Assembly: GCA_000697455.1 (NCBI GenBank)
Contig: JNET01029009.1
Span: 1-36,040, forward strand
Reading direction: 5' to 3'
Origin: Basidiobolus heterosporus B8920
Taxonomy: Eukaryota
DNA length: 36,040 bases
Position numbers and translations under genes: made by a program. Under the pieces are notes generated by a model that saw only the letters and a program-made list of their open reading frames with translations, did no database searches and had not been told where the DNA came from. Below are positions 23,691-36,040 of this stretch, piece after piece (the stretch's first letter is position 1; every line of letters starts with the position of its first letter).

Positions 23691-23894
23691 CTACACTTCT
23701 TCAGCAGCATCTTGGGTAGCTGAAGATGACTGATCTTGATGTAACAAATCGGTGAAGTAAACATTACAATCGGCTTGCAGAGTTTTAATAGCTTCTGATA
23801 AGTCAGCAAGGGTGTTTTCTGTATTACCTCCAGCGATGAGAAATTCTTTTACTTTGGATGTACCGTGGTAATGAGTAGCTTCAGCTAGCGTCAT
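23691..23894 (-). CDS. Small protein resembling KEOPS subunit Gon7; additional 3' exons possible
   Basis: 67 aa with beta-like N-terminus, amphipathic helix LADLSEAIKTLQADCNVYFTDLL and acidic tail, as I recall for fungal Gon7. Family call is from pattern recall only. Confidence 0.55.
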   Translation of the reverse strand: MTLAEATHYHGTSKVKEFLIAGGNTENTLADLSEAIKTLQADCNVYFTDLLHQDQSSSATQDAAEEV

Positions 23895-24070
23895 GGGATA
23901 GTGTGTATGAAGTTAGGGATATGATGGCAAACTTGAAATAAAGTGAGTGATAATTTAAACATTCTAGAATATTGAAAATATTTTGTAGATCTGATCAACC
24001 CTTGGAGATTTATGGCAAGAGAAACTGTCGAACTTTATTTCGAACCCTCGATCAATCCCACTCAGCCACC

Positions 24071-27000
24071 TCACACATCAATCATCTGCGTAACGATGGA
24101 GTAGGCTGGCTGGTATTTGAATTTCTCTTGACCGAAATTGCAAATCGAGCGGGGAATAAACCGGAAGTAAGGCAAGAGGAGAATCTTGTTTGGAACTGGT
24201 AGGCGTGCTATGGTTATGGTGAGTGGGAAATGTTAGTTAAGAAAACGCAGACCGATGCTAGAGCCTAGCCTACCTAAGAGGTTTCCATTGTGAGTAAAAA
24301 AGACCACTCCTTCGTCCTCAGAATAGCCGCAGCCTACGTAATCTCCATGTTCAATCGGAACAGCAGTCTCGATTATCTCGAAAGACAAAATGTCACTGTG
24401 GACAGCCTGGTCGTCATCTAGACGCGGTCTCATCACATCGCGAGTGACATTCCTGAAGAATATTTCATCAAGATACGAGTGCTGAATAGTGGCAGTGCAG
24501 CATTCTTGAGGGCCCATTATCAGCACATAGATGGTGTCGTCTCTATCAATCATACCAACCTGAGGATACCTGAGAATCTGATGAGTACTGGTTAAGGGGA
24601 ATTGTACGCAACAAACCACTTACAGTCCATCTATGAGCCCTTTTAGTCCAATACAAATCTCGAAGTAGAATGCATCGACAAAATTTGGCTCTGGTAGGTC
24701 AACGTTCGGATTAATTCCTTTCAGTCTTAGCATCCGGGAGAACGGTAAATCGAGGTCCGCATCCGAAAATCCATATTTCGAGTCCTCAAGCTCATGATCG
24801 AGAGTTAGATGCTCCAATGTATCGGAGGCAGAGTCCTCGTTCACATCATCTCTTGTTGGATTGTAAAACTCATTTGCCTGATTAGAATTCCATAGTGATC
24901 CATGATCGTCTTCCTCGTCCGACAAGCTATGATTTTCGATTGCGTCTACGTTGTGGTGGATTTCGTCTTGACACATCAATTTACTACCGTCATCTGGGGT
25001 TTCTGGTGTTGTAGGAGACATCTGATTTGGAATAGATGGGGACACTTCTGAAGAAGCGCTCATAGACTCTGGCTCTTCAGTGAAGCAGGCGGCAGATGTG
25101 ACGGCCGCTATAAATGGATCCTTTATCTCTGATGATGGGTCTGAGCTAGTCCTATCACTCGAAGCTAACAGAGCATTCCCTTCCGCAATGAGATTTCCTT
25201 CTGTTTTGTCTTGCTCTAAAATGGAAGCAACGGGCACATAGTTTTTAGGCAAGAATTTCAAGGGATCCAACTTCCCACCAAAATAAGCTCTACAGCCTTG
25301 GCCTGAAGCAAGTGATAAGGCTGGATACCAGATCGTATCAGAAGAAACATTTGTAAAAGCTACTCCCAGGTACGCACCATTCCTATAATACTCGATGATT
25401 CCGTGATCAAGATCGATACACGAAGTGACGATATCGCCTGTGCTCCATTTATCTCCATATTGGTTGTTGGTCGGACATATTCCGTGCCATTTTTTGCTTC
25501 TTTGGCCGTCGTAAGAATAGGAATGAATATCATCTCCAACACCAGATCCTCCTTCCGGGTCAAACCTACACAATTTTGACGCCCATCCCAATTGAACCAA
25601 GCCATCGGTATTAAGTCTGACTTCGTAAGCATACCTCCCCTTCCCTTGCACTCCTCTGGTTGCTCTGATGCTTCCAAAAGTCCACAACTCATTTCGCACT
25701 TCCAGATTATCCTTTAGCATCACCAGATGCTTTGTTCTGTCTGCTCGACTTAAACCAAGGTATCTGGCTCTACCCACCGCTTCGCACGCCGCGAAAGAAT
25801 AATTTGAGCAATGGCTTAGGAGAGTCTGGGTGTAAAACACATTGGCAGATGTCTGTGTCAAAGGTTTGAAAAGACCACGCCAAGCGTTCACTAAGATCTC
25901 CGGTGACTCCAGGCATTTCTGAAGATGACTTTTGGATAATATTGTCGATATGGCGATGACTGAGCTTTCGAGGGCTGGTCGACAGAGTTTTTGAACTAAT
26001 AAAGCGGTCTTGAGAAAATCTTGATCTACCAGATAGTCTCTAATAACTGCATACTTTGATAGTGCTACTAGGACGTTCAATGCATAATTGCACAATGACG
26101 CTTTAGTACTTTTGACATCGATCTCTGTCTCATTGATTTCTTTAGCGTCTTCTTGGTCTGTATCAAAAGACAGCCCGAAAACTCCTTCCGATTTGGGGGA
26201 GAACTGATGGGAGTTCTGAGAATCAGCAGTACCCGGTTTTGTCTCCTGAAAGAACTTGCGAACCATATGTGAGAGGTTACTCTGAGCATCACCATCCATG
26301 TCCCAAGGTTTGGAATCAGGGGAGTTCGGATTCATCACCAGTCTGGGCATATGGTTATTAACTAAAGGCAGAGAAGTGATGTCCACCAGGATTCGGAGTA
26401 ATTTCAATAATTCGCCTTCGAATAACTTTCCAGTTTGAGGATCCTTGTTCTGTGAAATGAAATCCTCAAATGCACGGTCATATTCAACGAAGATATGTAG
26501 TGCTCGCATGAAGTTGATGAAACGCTCAGCTAATAAGGCAGTTGGGATGATGATTCTGGGATCAAAGCCATCTATGGCTTTTATCTCATCCAAAGTAATC
26601 CTGCGTAGTTGCAGTGGACGGTCAGTTCTAAGTTCATTAGATACAAAGAATTCTCTATTAACGTCGATGGGGTAAAGGTCCGGCTCTAAGCTAAGGATCG
26701 TTTCCTCGCCCAAGTCAATGGTATGCTCTATTAAAGGCTCCACAATCATCGTGAAGATTCTTCGGAAGAAGCTAGGCTCTGAATCATGGGTTAGATGGAT
26801 GAAGGTAAAATGGAGAAAAGGCGCTTCAGTTACCGTGGTTGGCTAAAATCACCAAAGTTTTTGCACACGTTCTTTGTATTTTCCCGCGGTCTCCATTCAA
26901 TATATGCAACATGAGCTGGTTCGTGCAGACGGATTGAATGATTTTTTGGGTCATGGTACCTGAAAGAAATCCATTAGCTTGTGAACCAGTCTCAATAACC

Positions 27001-29167
27001 ATCGGCCTGGACCGTACTTGACATTGACGCTAGATTGAAAAGTATCGCTGTGGCCGAGTACTGGAGGTCGTAGTCGCTTGATCTTAGGAATTGGTATATA
27101 ACGTCTAGCAGCTCGGGCTGATTTACAAGGGCTTCGTGGTTTTTGACTAAAAAACGGCCATTAGAGTGAGAAATCTCAGAAGCCATGCAGACAATGGTAC
27201 CTGAGGAACATAGATAAGATAAGATCTCGACTAGGTATAGTTGAACAATCGTGTTGGTGGAGGAGTCAAATTCTAGGAGTAGTGGTAATCCACCAGCATC
27301 AACGATTTCGGAATGAGCCTGTGCTAATTTCAGCAAACCAATGAGTACAACCTACTCGCTACTTGCCATATGTGTGTATAATGCGAAACTTACGATGGCT
27401 CGCGACCTCATGTAAAAGGGCCAGCGCCCAGTATTGAACATCTTCGTCCTCACTGGAGAGGCACGTGACTATCTTTTTGATGGTTCCTGAGGTGATGATT
27501 TTCATTTGAAAACTATCTACAGAGAGGAATGACGAAGAGTATTGTTGAATAGAACAGCCGAAGGAGGGGGGACTGATGAGTTTTAACCGTACCGTTGTGC
27601 AGGGCCAAGAACCGAAGAGTCCGAAGGGCGATTTTAGAGATGTATGTCTCTTCTGCGCTTAGTAGGTTTGTGACGAGTTTGAGGATTCCTCTTATCTGAC
27701 GAAACATTGGCCGAGCAACGTCTTGAAAGGGGCTCAATATGATGATAGACTCAAGTGGATTGATTTATATACACTTCTGACATTACCTTTAACTACGAAT
27801 TCATGCATCAACCCAATTGCCCAGTAAATCAACTCCCCATCCTCTGAAATGTACTAAAATTAGCTTGCACGTCCAAGTTGACCAACTCCACAAGTAATTA
27901 CCACTGCGAAGACAGGCGGATATTAATGAATCCATCTTGTAATCAAGGAGTGTATATAGCTGTGGAATAGCATCTACTGCAGCGGTAAGTTGATATGTTG
28001 ATCTGATGAAACCACGAATGAACTACTACCTGAGGGCTCCATTGAGGCCACTATCCGTACCAAAGTTTGGAGACAAACCTTTGGCATATTTACATTTCCA
28101 AAAGTTCTTCGCGTCAGGTCCGCCAAGAGCGGGATGAAGTTGGCGCGAATCATCTGTGGGTGCAATTCCTCTATAAAATCGATTTTCTTTCCACTAAATA
28201 CTAAGACTCTTTCGATTACGATAGCCACATCTCTACAAACCTGCGAACGAAAGATGATATACCAGCATTAACGACCAATATTTCGTCTCGTTACTATACT
28301 TGCTGAAATTTTGAAGAAATCCTGTCAGTGGCTCAATAACACCGTACGCAACAATCTTGTTTTTACGTTCATCTTAAGGAAACATGATTAGCTTTGTGTT
28401 TATCGATGACTAACATGTGCTCTTGAGCCCACAGATAAAGTATACCATTAGCGTTAACTAGATCACACAAGATCACTGCTGCGTGTTTATATATTATCTC
28501 GGGGTTTTCCTCGCTTAGCATTTCTACTAAGACTTTTAAAGCTCCAGCATTAACCAACAATACTTTGTTGTCCTCTAGAGAGAGTACGTGTCAACAATAA
28601 AAACTATGCAGAAGCCGTTTTTTCATAGGTATACCATTTCTAGAGAGCAATTGAAGTGTAGTGATGGCCTTAAGCTTCACTTCTTCATTGTTCTTCTGTT
28701 TACATGCATGTATCAAGAAATCTAGGTGTGGCTCTTGAAGAAGGGAATTAATATTCTCTCAAGCTAAGATTGGTCTATTGAGAAGAAGGACTCACCTGAT
28801 ATAGCTCTATCTAATAATAGACGAAAAGCGCTGAAAGGGGATGAAAGATCGGTTAGTCATTTAGTTTAGCTGATATATATACATGCGTAAAACCTGGTTT
28901 GTAGCCCAACGTTATTACAACGTGCTAAATCAGCTAAAGAATTGGAGCTTATACCTGGCATGCCAATGAATTAGCTTCATGAACTCAAGACCACAGTGAA
29001 GCCAACTTACAATCCTCTAGATGCTTTTGACTCCAGTTTTTAAGAAGTGAACGGCGTCCACTACTTTTTTTGTGAGCACTTTCAACATGCCGCCACACCG
29101 AAATCAACATGTATACCGAAGCAAAGCCGATAGAGAAATATAGTAATCCAGGTTGGGAATCAGACAT
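24071..29167 (-). CDS. Large multi-exon protein: N-terminal TM anchor, ARM repeats, RSPRY1/RNF123-type SPRY, acidic linker, second SPRY
   Basis: TM GLLYFSIGFASVYMLISVW. ARM-like LVNAGALKVLVEML, IVDAGGLPLLL, LQYSATAILFNLA. SPRY1 SIRATRGVQGKGRYAYEV...QLGW...GVGDDIHSYSYDG...WSTGDIVTSCIDLD...WYPALS. SPRY2 FYFEI...QVG...GDYVGCGY...FFTHNG...NFGQEKFKY. Confidence 0.85.
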
Positions 29168-29877
29168 ATTAGAGTATAATTGAAAACAAGTGTATTAATA
29201 GTACACTTGATAAAAGAGAGGTGAGCCCTTTACTATAGTTCTTTGAGAATCCTCCAAGTAAAAAAACGCTTGACTAGGCCTCACTAGTTGTTGATATGGT
29301 GTTCACTACTAAGAACTCTTGCATAAGTAATGTGCAAGAATACTACTACGTCAGTGAGCCATATTACACCATTTTAGCAAAAATCGATTTCAACATGTTG
29401 CTTAAATATACCACGCAATATAACTAACTTAATCAGGTTAGAGTGAATTCGCAATTTGAGCTGAAGGGTTCAAGAGATGCCAGGCGAAAGTGGCTGTCTA
29501 GTGGAATTCATTTCATTTCAAGGTGCTCGGAGATCTATATTTCTACGCCACTTCAATCTAACAACTGGCTCCATATCAGATTATCATTGATCGAATCTCT
29601 CCATCATGTATGGATAATCTCAATCTCATGCCCTCACACCATCTTGTGGCTATTCCAAGCACTAACCCAAGCTATGATAATCGAGTGCCTGTGTGAATGC
29701 TATCATTATTGTTATCATGTTCTTCATCAATCTCTTGCTTCCCCAACTTCGACGTGTTGTTGTCAGACCAACTCAAGATTGAATGTAAGGTTACACAGAC
29801 CTAAGGACTTGCTATAAACATGTCTGATGGGCCACTTGAGTTCTTGAAGTTCATCGTCTTCATTTCAATCTTGTGCC

Positions 29878-31109
29878 ATGCTTCGTAGTGCTTTGACCTC
29901 AATTTCCCGTAGTGCTCTTTCTACCAGAAAGCTCGTCACCCCCCAAAACTATTATGCGCCGGCAATGCTTTCACAGATCCGCCCCCAGTCTACTGAGGCC
30001 AAGACTGAGGTATACCCAATATATTGTTTTTGTTTGACAACTACTAATTAGATTCGTTCTGAAGATGACTGTCCGAGATGCTTTGAACAGTGCACTTGAT
30101 GAGGAGCTCGCCAATGATGACAAGGTGTACTTGATGGGTGAAGAAGTCGCTCAGTACAACGGTGCTTACAAGGTAAATCATAACCGACTCACTCGATTTG
30201 GTCATGATACTGATCAATCCCCATTGTGTGCAGGTCTCCAAAGGTCTTCTGGACAAATATGGCCCAAGAAGAGTTGTTGACACTCCCATCACAGAATCTG
30301 GATTCACTGGTATTGCTATTGGTTCTGCCTTCAGTGGTCTCAAGCCTGTTGTCGAGTTCATGACTTTCAATTTTGCCATGCAAGCTATTGATCACATTGT
30401 AAACTCGGCTGCCAAAACCAGGTATATGTCAGGTGGCAATGTCGCTTGCCCTATTGTGTTCCGTGGTCCCAACGGTGCTGCCGCTGGTGTAGCTGCACAG
30501 CATTCACAATGCTACGCCGCTTGGTACGGATCTATTCCTGGCTTGAAGGTGATCTCTCCATGGAACAGTGAAGATGCCCGCGGACTCTTAAAGGCAGCCA
30601 TTCGTGACCCTAACCCCGTCGTCTTCCTCGAAAACGAAATTGTATATGGTACTTCTTTCCCAGTTTCACCCGAAGTTTTGGATAAGGATTTCGTAATTGA
30701 GATTGGTAAGGCCAAGATTGAGCGTGAGGGTAAGGATGTTACCATCGTTGCCCACTCCAAGCCCGTAGGCGACTCGTTGGCAGCAGCCGAGTTATTGGCC
30801 AAGCACGGAATCGAGGCCGAGGTTATCAATCTTCGCTCTATCCGTCCGTTGGATATCGACACCATCATTCAGTCAGTAAAGAAAACCAACCGTTTGGTAA
30901 CAGTTGAGGGTGGCTGGCCCATGTTCGGTATTGGCTCCGAGATCTGCGCACAAATTATGGAAAGTGAGGCATTTGATTACTTGGATGCCCCCGTAGAAAG
31001 AATCACCGGTGCGGATATCCCCATGCCTTATGCTAAGCCCTTGGAGGATCTTTCTTTACCTACCACAGAGCTCATCGCTGATGTGGTCAAGCGCGTTCTT
31101 CAAAAATAA
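29878..31109 (+). CDS. PDB1: Pyruvate dehydrogenase E1 beta subunit, mitochondrial
   Basis: Exons 29878-30009, 30065-30172, 30234-31109. Presequence [71 protein letters not shown]. Confidence 0.98.
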
Positions 31110-31568
31110 TCAATCACAAGCACAACAACCCCAAACCAAACCCAAATCCATTATCGATGTCTTACTAGCATTATAACCTAGACATGTTCATTCTCAACAC
31201 ATCATATCACTGAAGTATTAACCTGTTCCGAAATACATCATTCTAAAACATAACTTTCTATATGGTTCACCTCGTGTAACTAGCTCCCATGTCTTCATTG
31301 ATCATCATTCCTTCCAAATGTAAGTAATCGATGATAATCTGGCTCTTGACCTGAACGAAAATAATTTTCTCCCCGCACAAACGTTTACCACCTTCTTCAT
31401 TTGGACAAATTCAAGCGCTCATATTTAGCTAGATATTTGCTAATCTTCGATCATCCTCTTTGGTAAAATTTTCCTTTGGGGTTTAATTTTCATCCAATGG
31501 GATGTGAAATTACGGTTAGCTAGTAACTATGTACAGAATAGCTAGAAAGTATGCGAGGCAGGGTGTAA

Positions 31569-31586
31569 TAGTAGTAGTAGTAGTAA
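31569..31586. repeat. (TAG)n microsatellite
   Basis: tagtagtagtagtagta seen directly, downstream of the 7TM gene stop. Confidence 0.75.
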
Positions 31587-31650
31587 GCAGTGACAGTGGG
31601 TGATAATTTACAGTGAGATGAAGCTGGTTTTGTGTGCATTATACATTTCG

Positions 31651-32741
31651 CTACGGGTTCACATCGCGTTCGTGCGACTTGGATGCTATGGTGATGGTGT
31701 CCAAATCATCCGCATCAGACACAACAACTGAGGCTAATTCCGAAGAGAATCCTTCAGCTTGATCGAAAGTTGGGTTCGTGTCCAGCGCGAAGGATTGAGA
31801 TGTGGACATCGATGCCCCCTTAGAACGAAAGGATACGACTGCACTGGTCAGGAATCTCGACGCTAATGCCACTATAAGTTGTTTTAGTTAATAACTGGAT
31901 TCGTGCAAGAGTCCAAGTGAAATATGTACTTACTGCCTAGGTAATACGGAAGAATAGTGTTGGTAACGTTGTTATTTGTTAGCAAAGTCATCAAGATGAC
32001 TATGAACATGGTGACAGCACTGATGATGAAAAAGTGAATGCTCTTTTTAACAATTCGATAATACGACTTGATTCGTTGGGAAATGTCGGTTTGGAATAGC
32101 GTAGGTGCGATTTCTGTCTTGATCATGTTAATGTGTTTTCGTATGGCGAGGATAAATAAGATGCAGAAAAAAAAATTCGCCACCAAGTCAATCCCCATAA
32201 CATAGTTAAGTTCCGTAGGAAGGTTGACGTATTCACAGACGTGAAGTACCTCCGATAAATTAGACCGAAGATTAGTCAAAACGAAAATGAAAGGAATATA
32301 TTTGGTCGCACAGAGCGTGCCACCAACGTATACGAGTATCTTCCGTTGTTCGTTTACTACGCACGCCCTCATGAGTAACACAAGGTCTGTACAGGTAGCA
32401 GAAAACTGGAAGAGGATAAGCGAAAGGGCATTTCGAGCGATACAATTAGTATCAAAGAGAAAGTAGTATATCATGATGATTACTGATCCGCTGAACCCGA
32501 AAATGCCTCCTGCCAAACACAAAACGACCATGGGACGCTGTCTTGGCTGAAAGTCCATTTTGAGAATACTCCATACTGAAGTGAAAAATAAAATGGCAAC
32601 AAAACAGTAAACAATCAAGCTACCATTAGAGACTAACAATTGATTGTGGAAATATGCCTCCCAGTCAAGTTGAGACAAATAGTCTATGTTTAGGCTCAAC
32701 ATTGGTGTTTCCACTGTAGAAGCATGTACATCAAAGGCCAT
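31651..32741 (-). CDS. Orphan seven-transmembrane, GPCR-like protein
   Basis: Exons 32741-31934 and 31871-31651. Seven hydrophobic segments by eye, Cys at the top of TM3 (TNC) and in the second extracellular loop (HVC), LLMRA at the end of TM3, Ser/Thr-rich C-tail. Confidence 0.72.
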
Positions 32742-33127
32742 CAAGAGAAGAATTCAACGAAATCGGATTTAAGAAATCAAAATACGCCGAACATCTACTC
32801 TAATTATAATATCCTCAACGAACATGTAATGTGATTCGGTATGACAAAGGCGGATTTAAGTAGCTATGATATCATCACCAGAATCTAGCCCAATTCCTAG
32901 TCTGATTCTCTAGCCTACTGATGCTTCAACTTTTGAACACAATCAGGCTGAATATGGCTGGTTGCACGTGAGATGACAAAAGTTAAGGAAGGGTTAGGGT
33001 TGGGTGAAAACCAGTTTATTATCAGAGAATGGATTATGAATTATGTACTAATTAGGGTTAGGTCAAATCAAAAGATTGTCTATGTTGCGATTTCTGTGAA
33101 GTTTCGTGGAGTTCTATCGAGTTTTGG

Positions 33128-35563
33128 CTATTTTGTAGACTTCTTGCGCTTGCCAGAGGAGGCTACATTGCTAGTGGCCTTACGTTTGATCTACAAAAGC
33201 GTGTATATACATTAGTAGGATTTCTCAAAGCAGACTGAGGCTTGATTACACATACCGAATCCACTAAGCGACTAATACTAGCATCTTTGACCTTGGTTTG
33301 AGGCTTATCTTGAACACTCTCGACTGGCTCTTCACCTGCGTTAGAGCTAGTGACGCGACGTCTTTGGCGTTCTTCAAGCAACTTGGTCATAGCCTTAGTC
33401 TTCTTGAACCTGGTGGAGGAGAAATTATTCGTTGTTAATGATCAAGTGGCACTTAGGACTTGATAGTTCATCAATACTTACTGAGGATTGGTTGGGTCAA
33501 TGGCGAAGTGATGAGATTCGTGAAGTGCAGTGAAACGAGGATCGCTAACGTTAATTTCAAACTCGTCAGTGTCTTCAACAGTTTTCTTGCCCTTCTTTCC
33601 TTTCTTCTTCTCCTTCTTGATGATATCCTTCATGTTGAAATGCTTTCTTCCATCGTCGGCATCCATAACCAATAGCTCAAGTTCTGCTTGCTTCTTGGCC
33701 TCTTCGGCCTTTTCTTCGGCAGTCAGCTTCTTGTTCTTCTTGCTCTTGGCACCAGCTAGATAAAACAAAAATTAATACTGCCCCTTTATCACTCCTAAAC
33801 TCTCTGAACATACACGTACATGTCTTAGAACTCTTAGGTGCAAATTCACCAGCCATCTCGCTTTGGAAGAAGGGATCACTTTCATCAATGTCCACCTCGT
33901 CATCAGAGAAGAGTTGATTCTGCTCCTCATCTTGAGACTCCTCTTGGCTCTTCTTAGCTTGCTTCTTCTTTTGTCTTCTCTCCTTTTGCTTTCTCATGTA
34001 AGCTTCGATAGAAGTTTCGTTTTCTTGTTGCTAAAGGATACGATTCTGTGAGTACTAGAACACAAGAATGGAACGGAAATTTCCGAATACCTCCTTCTGC
34101 TTCTTCTTCTCCAACAATTCGGTTGCAGCTTCGCTCAATCCTGGAGCAAAGGTGATCTCCATATCTTGGTCATCGGCTTCTTCCTTCTCTTGTTCAGCTT
34201 GTGCAAGCAAGTTCTTATATTTGCGTTTGATTTCCTCCACGTCCTCTTCATCAGAGTCCGAGTCAGATGAAGAAGCAATGTAGGCCTTAAAGTCCATCTC
34301 TTCCAGATCTTGTTTCGAGAATTTCTGTCTGGTAACGCGAATACGATCTACATCGTCATCATCCCAGGTAAGCTTTACCTTGGAGTGTTGTAGGGCCTGC
34401 AAGAAGAAGAGATTAAGTAATATTCCAAAGTAGAAGAGCAGTGTCTCATGCCTACCTGTGTAGTGAACTCCATAGGTTTGTATCCGGCTGGTGCGTTGTA
34501 AGCTTCATCCCTTGGCTCGTCACTGAACTCCATATCGTCTGGAATGAATCTCAAGTCAAAGAAGTTGGCTGAGCTTTCGTACTCAGTGCCGTCACATTGT
34601 TTATAGATGGCACGAGCAGTCTGCACAGTGTCGCATTCTACGACAGCGTAGTAATACTTGAGACGCTCCAGCTGGTACTTTCTCAGTTTGTTCATGTCAA
34701 ATTCCTCGCCGCTGTCTGCTTGAACCAATGGCTCATCTTCGTCAGCCTGTTCAGTTTCTGACTCTTCGTCACTACCCAGAGGCTTGAAGATCTCAGAAGG
34801 TGGACCTTCCCGGGCTTCCTTTTCCAAACGCTCTTTTCCGAATTCGGAGGGATAGATTTTGACTGACTTGATTGCCCCTCCTTCTGGCATAAATCCATTG
34901 AATACCTTGAACAGGTCCACTGATTTAACATTGTCCCAATCAAGGTTGATAACAGCAAACCGACGCGTTTCATCACCGGTGGGCACATCCTCCTCATCTT
35001 CCTCATCCTCTTCCCCTACTTCAGATTCTTCTTCAGAAGAGGATGAAACTCCCTCACCACGCATAGGATCGTATCCAGGGGCTTCCTCCGCGTCAGATTC
35101 AGAATCCTCCTCAGAGCTTTGTGCAACTGGCCCTTCTTCCTCTTGCTCCTCCTCCTCCTCTTCTTCTGAATCTTCGGGCTCGGAAGATTCTAAATCATCT
35201 CCAGAATCTGTGACATTTTCCAAGTCTTCATCTTCAAGATCGTAAAATCTCTTAAGATCGTCTTTGACCACCGCCTCTTTCAGCTTTCTACCATACTTAT
35301 CGACCGAAGCTAAAGGGAGCCAAGGATCAAACTGTTAGGAATTGGGTGGAAGAATCCAAAAGGTAAGTAGAGGACTTACGAGCATCACTAAACTCTTTAT
35401 TCTTCAACATGGCAGCAAAGCGCTGGTCGATCTTAACCTTAGCATCCCGTTTCTTTGGTCGAACAAAACGTGGATCGGAATGGACATGTTTGAAACGAGA
35501 GTCCTGTATGATCCCTCCCTCCTTGTTCTTTGACTGAGGTTTATTGTTCTTTTTGGGTGGCAT
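33128..35563 (-). CDS. ESF1: Pre-rRNA-processing protein Esf1 (NUC153 domain)
   Basis: DSRFKHVHSDPRF, KVKIDQRF, VDKYGR, acidic tract, TRRFAVINLDWDNVKSVDL, VKIYPSEFGKERL, LRKYQLERLKYYYAVVEC, FDLRFIPD, ALQHSKVKLTWD, DPRFTALHESHHFAIDPTNPQF. Confidence 0.96.
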
Positions 35564-36040
35564 GTTAGAGAAAAATTCAAGTAACGAAGATCAATTCCAC
35601 TGAAAAGAAATGAAACAATCGAGATGAAATTCAATTTCTGTAAGGACATCTGAAAAATTCCACTGGCGAAATGGAAAAAAAAGAAGAAAAAAACTTGTTG
35701 CTTCTTGAATCTTTTAGTGTGGGTAATTGGATCTTGAAAAGCTGGTATACTTTCATTTCTCGCTTATTTCTGATAAAATGCTGGATCAATATCTTTTATG
35801 AGAGCTAAGTGTAAAGGTTACTATATAGTACTTTAAGGAGCTATAGAAGTATACTGTAAAGTCAACGGTTTATTTGTACTTGCATGTCCAGAAATTGCAT
35901 AGCAATGAAATTAATCCACAATAATCTTACACAGAATCCACTGAAAGTAACAATGGTCTTAATGGGAGTAACTTCAAATTACTCACATGTTCTTATACCT
36001 TAACTTGATGCCATTTTGTAAAAAAATAATTACACTGATG

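Noticed and set aside
29443..29817. 124-aa ORF between the divergent SPRY gene and PDB1
   Set aside because: GTG start, atypical composition, no recognisable domain; likely promoter DNA.
30044..30868. Minus-strand ORFs over PDB1
   Set aside because: Antisense shadows of a conserved gene.
10820..31109. Functional cluster of mitochondrial genes (MSS51, YHM2, PDB1)
   Set aside because: Interspersed with unrelated genes; no shared motif seen; compatible with chance.
33460..35245. Ser/Leu/Phe-rich plus-strand ORFs
   Set aside because: Antisense to the Glu/Lys/Asp-rich ESF1 coding sequence.

Overview
Gene-dense, intron-rich eukaryotic DNA with mostly ~50-70 nt GT-AG introns. The gene content (MSS51, YHM2, Mei2-like, Gon7-like, proteinase K-type subtilisin) indicates a fungus. 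An early-diverging lineage is my inference, not something the sequence proves. I reconstructed 12 larger genes by manual splicing: an ACS-family MFS transporter, a subtilisin, ADE4, MSS51, AVL9, RPS15, YHM2, a Mei2-like RRM protein, a TM-ARM-SPRY-SPRY protein, PDB1, an orphan 7TM protein and ESF1. A Gon7-like small ORF is also present. The main hidden feature is absent from the ORF track: a TATA-preceded gene at 10231-10456 for a secreted, strongly cationic 4-cysteine peptide of 57 aa (47 aa if unspliced). Also notable are degenerate inverted repeat copies bracketing the MFS gene (1-387 vs 4686-4817), repeated intergenic TTAGGG motifs, and several proteins with unusual architecture. No tRNA, rRNA, CRISPR or autonomous transposase was recognised.
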